Of a DNA stretch of 30,968 nt, positions 9,260-17,800 are shown piece after piece (the first letter of the stretch is position 1; each line of letters begins with the position of its first letter). Source of the DNA: a virus (Duplodnaviria > Caudoviricetes); the IMG/VR virus record IMGVR_UViG_3300025103_000096, positions 1 to 30,968 of that record; one strand, 5' to 3'. A program made the translations under genes and the position numbers. Below the pieces are notes generated by a model. That model worked only from the letters and a program-made list of their open reading frames with translations. It ran no database searches and was not told where the DNA came from.

Positions 9260-10015
9260 ATGAGTGATCTATTTACTAGACCGCAACTTAAAGCTGCGTC
9301 CCTTCGTCGGGGCCTCAGCCCGACTCTTTGGAACCAAGCACCATTGGCACAACATGCCGTTGGTGGACTGGATCAAGGATTCGGTTTTATCGACGATTTT
9401 CTGACGTTTGACGATGAGAACAAATGGGTTCTCACTCAAGCAACGGCAGGAACTGCTGCGTTGGATGTGGCCGCCAAGGGTGGTGTGTTGTTGCTTGACT
9501 GTAACAGTACGACCAATAACCAAGGTGTGCAAGTTCAACTTGGTGGTGCTGCTGGCGCATCTTCCTTTATCGCTTCTGCGGCATCAAAGATTTACTTTGA
9601 AGCTCGTGTGAAGATTGCTGATATTGGGAGTACGACCTGCCAGTTGTTTGCAGGTCTAGCTGAAGTTGATACCTCTGTGCTTGCAAGTGCTGCAAACTCG
9701 ACGGCCAATCATATTGGCTTTGAGGCTATCAACACGACAGCAATGGGAATCCACAGTGAAAAAGCTGGTAGTCGAAGCTCGACTGCTGCTGTTCACACTG
9801 TTGTGGATGATGATTACGTCAAGCTAGGATTCGTTGTAGATGGGTTGACTAAAATCACTCCATTCGTCAACGGCGTTGCTCAGACAGCCATTACTTCGGA
9901 TATTCCAATTGTTGGAATGACCCCAAGTCTTGTTTGTCATTCTTCTGGAACAACTGATCCCATCGTCCATGTGGACTGGGTTGCTTGCTACCAAGAAGAA
10001 ACCATCGCCAACTAG
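9260..10015 (+). CDS. Putative capsid decoration/minor capsid beta-sandwich protein
   Basis: Follows the MCP, AAAGGA RBS, Ala/Thr/Gly-rich beta-strand pattern (FIDDF, IYFEARVK, VHVDWV). Confidence 0.55.
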   Translation: MSDLFTRPQLKAASLRRGLSPTLWNQAPLAQHAVGGLDQGFGFIDDFLTFDDENKWVLTQATAGTAALDVAAKGGVLLLDCNSTTNNQGVQVQLGGAAGASSFIASAASKIYFEARVKIADIGSTTCQLFAGLAEVDTSVLASAANSTANHIGFEAINTTAMGIHSEKAGSRSSTAAVHTVVDDDYVKLGFVVDGLTKITPFVNGVAQTAITSDIPIVGMTPSLVCHSSGTTDPIVHVDWVACYQEETIAN

Positions 10016-10020
10016 GATTA

Positions 10021-10098
10021 GTCTCCTGTGCGAGGTCCCGGTGGGTCGGATTCGTCTGATCTGCCGGGGCTGACCACGGGTTTTCACAGGAGAGAGAC
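10021..10098 (+). promoter_or_regulatory. Structured intergenic RNA element (nested hairpin; possible terminator/attenuator)
   Basis: 13-bp stem 10038-10050/10055-10067 with 4 G-U pairs and a UUCG loop. Outer 9-bp stem TCTCCTGTG(10022-30)/CACAGGAGA(10085-93). TTTT at 10081-84. Confidence 0.65.
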
Positions 10099-10332
10099 AT
10101 GGACGGGTTGACTAAAGAAATTGAAGAAGTAACGAAGAACAAACTAACGAAAGCACAGAAGGAAAACCTAGAGAAAGCACATAGGTTATATCATGGAAGA
10201 TTGACAGGACCACTACCATTTGCGGTACAAGTAGCCATCGCTGTACTCACACAAGAGGAATCGAAGGTTAAATCACTAAAGCCTACAGTCTCAAGTCAGG
10301 CTAAACCAATTAACAATAAGAAATCTGCATGA
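10099..10332 (+). CDS. Small basic hypothetical protein
   Basis: AGGAG RBS at 10088-92. ATGA overlap with the next gene. Confidence 0.7.
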   Translation: MDGLTKEIEEVTKNKLTKAQKENLEKAHRLYHGRLTGPLPFAVQVAIAVLTQEESKVKSLKPTVSSQAKPINNKKSA

Positions 10333-11432
10333 GTTTTATAAGAGCCGAAGCCGTTACAGGGTTTACATTTGGACTTGTGAATAAGACCACAGGGGCTGCG
10401 CTAACTGGTGCTGCTGCTGGTATTGGTAAGTATATCACTAAGGACGGTGGGACTCAGGCTTCCATAGCAGGCTCTATAGCCGAGGAAGGTAATGGGCAGT
10501 ATTCTGTCAACCTAACGGCTGCGGAGATGACAGCGGCCATCGTAGGCCTCTTATTCACCCACTCAAGTGCAGTACCCGTACAGTTTACCATTCGCACTGT
10601 AGGTTCCCCAGCAGATACATCTACTGAGAGCACGTTAAGTGTGGATCGGGACTACCTACGAAAAGAAGTAGGGTGGTTCTGGTTAGGTGAACGAACATCG
10701 GCTAATTGGTCAGCAGACGAGGGAACTCAACTAGATGATATTATCGCTTCAGGATTGAGGTCTTTTTATCATCCACCCCCTACACAGAACACACCTCGTG
10801 GTCATAAGTGGTCATTTATGGAACCTACGACGACCAAGGTGTTAGTAGCAGGAACAGCCGATTATACCTTGTCGGCAAACTTCGGAGGTCTTATGGGAAC
10901 GATGACGTATTCAGTGGATGATAACCGCTGGTTCCCGATTGAGATTACAGGCGAGCATCGCATCCGAACTTTGCGGCAAAGGGATTACTCTAGTCTCAGA
11001 AGTGATCCCAAACTAGCGGCTGTCAGGCCTATTAGCAGTAGCGGGTCCAATGGACAGCGATTTCAATTAATGTTGTACCCCTCTCCCGACAAGGCGTACA
11101 CATTATCATATCGCTATCACGCACTGCCTCAAAACCTGACAGCCGTAAATCCATATCCTCTTGGTGGTGAGGCACATGCGGAGACGATTCTCGAATCGTG
11201 TTTAGCTGTAGCCGAAGCTAGGATGGACGATAACGCAGGGATACATGCCGCTGCTTATCAACAGCGTTTAGCTGCTTCGATTGCTTACGATACTATTATG
11301 AACACACCAGAACATATGGGGTATAATGGTGATAGTTCAGATGGTAGCAGTTGGTCGGAGCAGACTAATAGGTATCTCAATGGTGATGTCGTTACGTATA
11401 ACGGATCATCTTTCACGGACACTAACCCGTAA
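10329..11432 (+). CDS. Head-tail adaptor (T7 gp11/P22 gp4-like role) with extra N-terminal Ig-like domain
   Basis: The C-terminal ~270 aa show an adaptor-type pattern (helices, HKWSF, GTADYTL, LYPSPDKAYTLSYRY, HAETILE helix). Positioned between capsid and nozzle. Confidence 0.68.
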   Translation: MSFIRAEAVTGFTFGLVNKTTGAALTGAAAGIGKYITKDGGTQASIAGSIAEEGNGQYSVNLTAAEMTAAIVGLLFTHSSAVPVQFTIRTVGSPADTSTESTLSVDRDYLRKEVGWFWLGERTSANWSADEGTQLDDIIASGLRSFYHPPPTQNTPRGHKWSFMEPTTTKVLVAGTADYTLSANFGGLMGTMTYSVDDNRWFPIEITGEHRIRTLRQRDYSSLRSDPKLAAVRPISSSGSNGQRFQLMLYPSPDKAYTLSYRYHALPQNLTAVNPYPLGGEAHAETILESCLAVAEARMDDNAGIHAAAYQQRLAASIAYDTIMNTPEHMGYNGDSSDGSSWSEQTNRYLNGDVVTYNGSSFTDTNP

Positions 11433-11444
11433 ATAGGAAAAACA

Positions 11445-11774
11445 ATGCACACTACACCGCAAAATAGCGTAATTACAGGAGTCGCCGTTGGAGCATCAAT
11501 TGGAGCTTCTGACGCAATTGTGTTCAAAGGCTTCACCAAGGGGGTAATGATTCTCCAAGCAGACGCATCTAGCCCGACTACATCCATTAATTACTACGTG
11601 TCATCAACTGAGGATGGCACATACTATGAATTGAAAAACTCTTCTGGTGCTGTTTCGGATACAGTTGCAGTAGAAAAAGCGTGGCCGCTTCCTTCAGAAC
11701 TTGAAGGTGCTGCTTTTATTAAACTGCTCGGCAACAATGCCGGTGTGGTTGATTTACACCTCATCTCTTCTTAG
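11445..11774 (+). CDS. Small putative virion beta-rich protein
   Basis: AGGA RBS, 109 aa, lies in the tail module. Confidence 0.6.
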   Translation: MHTTPQNSVITGVAVGASIGASDAIVFKGFTKGVMILQADASSPTTSINYYVSSTEDGTYYELKNSSGAVSDTVAVEKAWPLPSELEGAAFIKLLGNNAGVVDLHLISS

Positions 11775-11787
11775 AAGGAATAGAACT

Positions 11788-12156
11788 ATGAGTGGACACA
11801 ACGTCCTACAAGAAATCGCCAAAACAACTGAACTGGAAATTTTAGACCCAGGCAGTGGTGGCACAATCGCAGTTGACCGAAGTTTTGGTATCTGCCCGGT
11901 TGTTACTGGTGGAGCAGAAGCACGTAAGATTGCTTCTCCCCAACGACCTGGTATTATCATCTCTATCTGTTTGAAGACAGACGGTGGTGACCTAACCCTA
12001 ACAGGTGAAGGATCAGAGATACTGAACTCAGGTCTTGGAACTGAAACCACAGCTACGTTTGCCGATGCAGGTGATCTACTTACGTTGATTAGCATTCGTA
12101 AAGGTTCCACCATCTGTTGGAGTTCTTTGGCTAGTAACGGAGTTGCAATGAGCTAA
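11788..12156 (+). CDS. Small putative virion protein (start revised to ATG 11788)
   Basis: AGAAGGA upstream of ATG 11788 (MSGHNVLQE...) avoids the overlap with the previous gene. TAATG coupling to the nozzle gene. Confidence 0.65.
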   Translation: MSGHNVLQEIAKTTELEILDPGSGGTIAVDRSFGICPVVTGGAEARKIASPQRPGIIISICLKTDGGDLTLTGEGSEILNSGLGTETTATFADAGDLLTLISIRKGSTICWSSLASNGVAMS

Positions 12157-13733
12157 TGTCGAGATTACGGACAAGGTTTGATATGCCTTGGCCAAATCTT
12201 GGGCTTGTTGAAGCAACTGGGTTTGAAACTCAGCCAAAGGGGTCAACGGTGGAATGCCAGAATGTGCGGGCTTGGGAGCCTAGCACAGGGCGTTCTCGTG
12301 GTGGTCAGAGGGCTGGGTTGGCAAAGTACGTGAATGCACGTACAGCCGATGGTAAAGTTCAAGATATGGGCCAAGTAGTGGCGAGAGCAGTTCCTGCTGA
12401 CCAAGATGAGGTCGGTGCAAGAACTGTAGTCTCCTATGCTGTAACCAATGGTACTGTGGCTAAATTCACGACAAGTGGGTTTACTACGGCGACTAATGGT
12501 AGCGGTGCGCTTTCATCTACTGTACCCACCATTTTCTCTGCTGAACTCTTTGGTGTGATCTATTTTGCTGATGGTGCATCTGTTAAGCAATACACTGCTT
12601 CGACTAATACAGTTGCAAATTGGACAGCTAGTTCAGGTTCACTTCCAGTTGATTCAGGCAATGAGCCTCGGTTGATTGAGACATGGCGTGGTCGTATTGT
12701 TCAAAGCGGTATCAGTAGCGATCCTCACAACTGGTACATGAGTGCCGTTGGTGATGCTCGTAATTGGAACTACTCACCGACGACTTCAACATCTACGCAA
12801 GCTGTTGCTGGTAATAATGCGGATTGTGGCAAGAGTCCTGATATTGTGAATTGCATGGTTCCCTACTCTGATGACTTGCTTCTGATTTTTGGTGACCATT
12901 CAATCTGGCAACTCACGGGTGACCCGATGGAAGGCGGTCGCTTCGACCTCATCTCCGATACAATTGGCGCACCGTTTGGAAGACCGTTCTGTAAGAGTCC
13001 AGAGGGTATGATCTACTTCTTTGGTTCCCGTGGTGGAGTCTATCAACTTGTTCCGGGTCAGAAGCCTGTGAACATCTCTGAGAAGCAAATACCTGAACGG
13101 CTTAACGCTTACAATGCTGACACTACTTCTGTACGCATGGTATGGAGCGATGTCGAGCGTGGATTTTATGTGTTTTTAACCCCATTGGCTGGCGGTGCAA
13201 CGACGAACTATTTCTACGATGTGCGTAATCAGAGTTGGTGGCCAGATAAGTTTGCTACCGCTGCTCACAACCCTGTTTCAGTTCACCTATTTGATGGTGA
13301 CACAGCAGCGGATCGTACAGTGCTTCTTGGTGGGCAAGACGGCTATGTGCGAAAGTTTGATTATACGACATTCGGTGTCAGCGACGATTCTGTAGCCATT
13401 GATTCATTTGTGTTCCTAGGCCCTATCCAATTAAAGAACCGCCCTAAGCTAATGCTTACTGATATGAAGGCAGCAATGGCCACAGGGAGTAGTGACGTGG
13501 ACTTCACGGTGTATTCGGCTGAGACAGCGGAACTAGCCGAAGGTGCGACATCGGCGGTTACACGGTTCACGGGAGTGTGGTCAGCGGGAAGAAACAAGGC
13601 TGAACGACGACGGGCATCAGGTCACGACATATACATCAAGATCAGAAATGATGATGCAGCTGAAGGCTGGGCTTACGAATTTCTTGGGGTGGAAGTGAAT
13701 AGCTTCGATGGCCCCAGAGCAAGGCAATGGTGA
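12156..13733 (+). CDS. Tail nozzle / tail tubular protein B-like (P22 gp10/T7 gp12 role)
   Basis: 525 aa, beta-propeller-like strand repeats (IYFADG, LLIFGDHSIWQL, IYFFGSRGGVYQL), N-terminal CQNV..RxG. Synteny supports the call. Confidence 0.72.
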   Translation: MSRLRTRFDMPWPNLGLVEATGFETQPKGSTVECQNVRAWEPSTGRSRGGQRAGLAKYVNARTADGKVQDMGQVVARAVPADQDEVGARTVVSYAVTNGTVAKFTTSGFTTATNGSGALSSTVPTIFSAELFGVIYFADGASVKQYTASTNTVANWTASSGSLPVDSGNEPRLIETWRGRIVQSGISSDPHNWYMSAVGDARNWNYSPTTSTSTQAVAGNNADCGKSPDIVNCMVPYSDDLLLIFGDHSIWQLTGDPMEGGRFDLISDTIGAPFGRPFCKSPEGMIYFFGSRGGVYQLVPGQKPVNISEKQIPERLNAYNADTTSVRMVWSDVERGFYVFLTPLAGGATTNYFYDVRNQSWWPDKFATAAHNPVSVHLFDGDTAADRTVLLGGQDGYVRKFDYTTFGVSDDSVAIDSFVFLGPIQLKNRPKLMLTDMKAAMATGSSDVDFTVYSAETAELAEGATSAVTRFTGVWSAGRNKAERRRASGHDIYIKIRNDDAAEGWAYEFLGVEVNSFDGPRARQW

Positions 13734-13736
13734 CTG

Positions 13737-14012
13737 ATGGGAATCATTGGCGGGATGAATCGAGGCCCTAAGTTTCCTCCGAGGGCGAGGAGAGCAGGGG
13801 CAAAACTTGCTTTGACTGACCCAGATCAGGTTCAGATCAAAGGAAATATACAAATACAAGTTGTTACTAGTGAACACACAGACACGACAGATTTACCGGG
13901 AAGTGCATATGACGGGCAGATGGTTTTCTTGTACTCATCTGATGGGTCAAGAAGGCTTTGTGTCCATTACGGCGGAATTTGGTACGAAGAAGTTTTATCA
14001 CAGATGAGTTAG
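13737..14012 (+). CDS. Small tail-associated protein (possible short needle/spike module)
   Basis: C-terminal PGSAYDGQMVF...RLCVHYGGIW resembles short trimeric fibre modules. Follows the nozzle gene. Confidence 0.45.
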   Translation: MGIIGGMNRGPKFPPRARRAGAKLALTDPDQVQIKGNIQIQVVTSEHTDTTDLPGSAYDGQMVFLYSSDGSRRLCVHYGGIWYEEVLSQMS

Positions 14013-14021
14013 GAAAATATC

Positions 14022-14834
14022 ATGGCAGGTTTTTGGGGTGGAAATGAACAATACGGTGGAGAATGGGATAACAATCCCGGTGGTGGGGGCAATTCTACCG
14101 GCTATCCTCGTGGTGGTATGGAGTTACCTCTTCCCGGTGGCCCTTATAATCCCGGTACACCAATGCCGGGTCCCGGTACACCGCAGCCTCGCCCCGGTTC
14201 TCCAAAGCCGCCACCGAATCCACGGCCATTTCCTAAACCGCCTAGACCCCAGCCACCGGGTGTTCCTCCAACAGGCGACCCATTTCCCCCAACAGGCGGG
14301 CCAACAGGAATGCCACCGACTACAGGCACGCCAAGAATGCCAACCACAGGAACACCACCAACTACTGGAACACCGCCGACTACTGGAACACCGCCGACAA
14401 CACCAACGACGCCAAACACGCCGACTACACCAATGGGTGGAGGTGGTTCAGCGACGAACTTCCCTGTGTCCGGTAATGGATTCGGCGGTGGAATGACCTC
14501 TCCGATGACACCTAACATCAACGACCAATCTCAACCCAATGACAATTTCACGGGCGGTTATGGAACAGGTGGAGGTGGATATGGAACAGGAGGAGGTCGT
14601 TCTCGTCCACCATCATTTGGCACAGGGCCAACCAACTATTTCGGTGGTAATACCACGACTAACATTGGTGGGAACACCAGTATCACCAAGGGCGATGAAT
14701 ACGCTCAAAAGAAACCTGAGAAGACTTTCAGGCAACCAAAGTTAGCTATGGGGCAAAAGGAAATTGGCGACCCAAGGCTAGCGATGCAGCAACTCTCAGC
14801 AATGAATCAAACTCCTTTTATGAGGCGAGTCTAA
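14022..14834 (+). CDS. Pro/Gly/Thr-rich disordered protein, putative internal/ejection protein
   Basis: AGGA RBS. Fills the gap between tail genes and the ejection cluster. TTGTPP and GGYGTG repeats. Confidence 0.65.
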   Translation: MAGFWGGNEQYGGEWDNNPGGGGNSTGYPRGGMELPLPGGPYNPGTPMPGPGTPQPRPGSPKPPPNPRPFPKPPRPQPPGVPPTGDPFPPTGGPTGMPPTTGTPRMPTTGTPPTTGTPPTTGTPPTTPTTPNTPTTPMGGGGSATNFPVSGNGFGGGMTSPMTPNINDQSQPNDNFTGGYGTGGGGYGTGGGRSRPPSFGTGPTNYFGGNTTTNIGGNTSITKGDEYAQKKPEKTFRQPKLAMGQKEIGDPRLAMQQLSAMNQTPFMRRV

Positions 14835-14835
14835 G

Positions 14836-17800
14836 ATGGCACTAACAGAAACCGGCGGTAAGGCAGAACGACCAGCACCCGATCGTGAACCGCCCAAATA
14901 CCAGAAATCCCTCATTGACTGGGTACGAAAATCCTTTGAGGACGCAAGGGCTAAGGGGAATGCTGCCAATGAAGCGCGGTACGGGCAGATTCTCTCCCAC
15001 TACAGTAGTTTAGAAGCCGATCAAAAGGAACGCTGGTCAGGTATCGATGAACGTTTTGACAAACTAGTTGCAAACCTCGATACACGTTCTGACAATATTG
15101 GCGAACAGATTGCTGAAATCGCTGATACCGCAATCAAAGAAGTCACAGGCCGTGGTAAGGAACGCATCGAGGATGTGGCCAGGAAGTACGATACGGGACG
15201 AAAGGGACTCCAAGACCTTTCCGATAAAGCCACTGGTGATATTAAAGGGGTTGGTGAAGAAGCCCGTGAAGGTGTACGCGCTAGGGGCAAAGCCGATCTA
15301 GCCGACTTACGCAGGCAAGCTGAAGGTGTAGGAGATCGTGCGCGTGAAGACTACAAGGGCGTTGAGGGTCGTGCTGGTTCGGGATACAAAGGTGTTGAAG
15401 ATCGTGCTGGTGGACGCTATGACAGTCTAGGCGACGAAGTCACTGGAAAGTACGAAGACCTCGCTGGTAAGGTTGGAGAAGATTTCAAAGGCGTTGAGGA
15501 TCGTGGTCGTGCTGAACGCAAAGGCACTGAAGCGGAAGTATTGGGTGGATACAAAGGACAGCAAGCACAACAAAAGACAGGATCGGCAGCGGCGAAAAGT
15601 GAGCTAGGTCAATTATTCGGAAGAGCCAAAGGCGAACAAGCCGCAGCTGCCGAAGAAGGGATTGGTGAAACCAAGTCGAGATTTGCCCGTGGTGGCCAAG
15701 AAGTCCGAAAAGACTACAGTGAAGCTGAGAAACGAGCAGGTGGACTTAGTGCCAAGCTATCAAGTGAGATTGGCAAACTATCTTCTAGTGCTTTAAAAGA
15801 CCTGAGCGCAAGAGCAGAAGGACGACTCAAAGACCTTGGCGGCGACTACGAAGGATTCGCTGGCGAGCAGCAGGATCGCATGGCAGCAGGCCGAGAACAA
15901 GTCGGTGGCCGTATGGGTGCGTTGCGTGGTGAACAAGCTGGGCTGTTCGGTGAGGAACGAGAACGTGCTACTGGAGCCGCTAGTGCTGGTAGAGAACAGG
16001 TAACAGGCGAATACGCCGCAGGCAGGGAAGAAGCTGGAGGTCGTTACGCTGGTCGTACTGAGCGTGGCCTTGGAATGTACGGCGACATGGGTGATGCTGC
16101 TCTTGCAAGGATTGACCGCCAGTTTGATGAACAAAAAGAAAAGACTATAGCGAAGATTCAGCAAAGCATGATTGCTCGTGGCATGGATAACACTACGGTG
16201 CGTCAAGCCGTAGATCGTGCTGAAGCTGACATTGAACGTAATCGTCAAGAAGCTATTGCGAATGTTGAGTCCAATGTTCGACAGCAACAAGCTGGTGCAT
16301 TTGAACGTCTCAGTGGCACTGAACAAGCCGCACAGGATCGGTTACAAGCTGCTGGTCTAGGGGCTGGTGCGCAAATGACTAGTGCTGAACTGGCGGGAGA
16401 TCGGCAGCTTGGTGGCCAAGGTCTAGCTAGTGCTGAACGTCTTGGTCAAGCAGATATTGGGGCTGAAGCACAGGCAATCGGTAGAGCCGATGCTGCTGGT
16501 CAACAGATTGGTCTAGCAGGACTGGCTCAACAGGCAGCGGGTACGCAGGGAATCTCCGCAGCAGAGCAAGCTATAGGTCGTCAAGCACTCGGTGAACAAA
16601 CTGGAGCCTTACGTCAGGGAGGAGCCGCACAGCTTGGTCTAACCGCAGAATCAGCGCGTGCAGCAGCTGGTATGACCCAAGCTGGACTCAACGCTGAACA
16701 ACAACAGGCAATGGCTAAGTTGTCTTCTGGGATTGCGTTATCGCAGCAGGAGATTGCCTCGATCCAAGGGATTATTGGTAGAGATTTAGCAGCACAACAA
16801 CAAACTGGACTAGCTGGATTATCGGCTCAAGAACGGATGGCACAAGGGCGTGCAGCCGCTGGGCAACAAGCAGGTTTAGCCGGTGCGGCAGCAGGAGCGC
16901 AGCTAGGTCAAGCTGGAGTTGCAGCAGGGCAACAAATTGGACAGCAAGGGGCAGCTGCGCAACAACAAGCTGCAATGGCAGGAATGAGTGCGCAGCAGCA
17001 GGCAGCAATGGCTGGAGCAGGTGCTGGGACACAGACTGGTCTTGCAGGGTTATCGGCACAAGCCGCAGGTCAGGGTGCATTGCTCGGAGCAGACCGTGCA
17101 TTAGCAGGACAGACAGCCGCTGGGCAGTTTGGTCAGATTGGTCAAGGATCGAGTCAACAGGCAGCGATGCTTGGGCAGGAACTCGGAGAACGAGGTACTG
17201 GGCAACGACAGCTTACGGGCATTGAAGGACAACTGGCTGGACAGGGTGCTGGTGGTGCAATCGGTAACCTTGCTCAACAACAGGCTGCTCAATCCGCAGT
17301 TGGTCAACAGCAGATTGGTTCTGCCGAAGCTGCTGGATTAGGTCTATCACAGACTGCTCAGAACCGCATGGACTTCATGGAGCGACGAACCGACGATATT
17401 CCACCTTGGGAATCCTATGCTGAAATGGTTAAGGCAGCGGGTGCTGCTGGACACGGTGTTGGTTCTGTGGGTGGTGCTGTGCCGACTGGACCAACAGGAC
17501 CAACCTTCGCTCAACAACAGATGGCTGCACAGAATGAATGGATGCGTAATCAAGCCGTAGCAGGACAGCAGGCGAGAGTAGAACGTGAAGCTGCTGAGAG
17601 GGAAGCTCGGAAACAACAGTTCAGAGATAGGGCAGAAGAACGTCAGGACGTTCGTGACGCTGAAGCTAAGAAGCGTATTGATGCTCGTGAACAAGAAGAA
17701 GACCGCGCCGAAGAAAGAGGGCGAGAGGCTGACCGACTAGAGCGACAAAGCAAGACAGCTGAGGAGCGACGAACAGCAGACTTTGATAAACATTCAGGTG

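Noticed and set aside
9200-9262. T7 10A/10B-style capsid frameshift into the decoration gene
   Set aside because: No evident slippery heptamer. The next gene has its own RBS, and stops lie in the gap.
9839-10116. GA(T/C)GGGTTGACTAAA (DGLTK) occurring in ORF 9260 and at the start of ORF 10099
   Set aside because: Short 14/15 match with no further similarity, plausibly chance.
11701-11787. Track start at 11701
   Set aside because: Overlaps the previous gene by 74 nt. ATG 11788 has a clear RBS.
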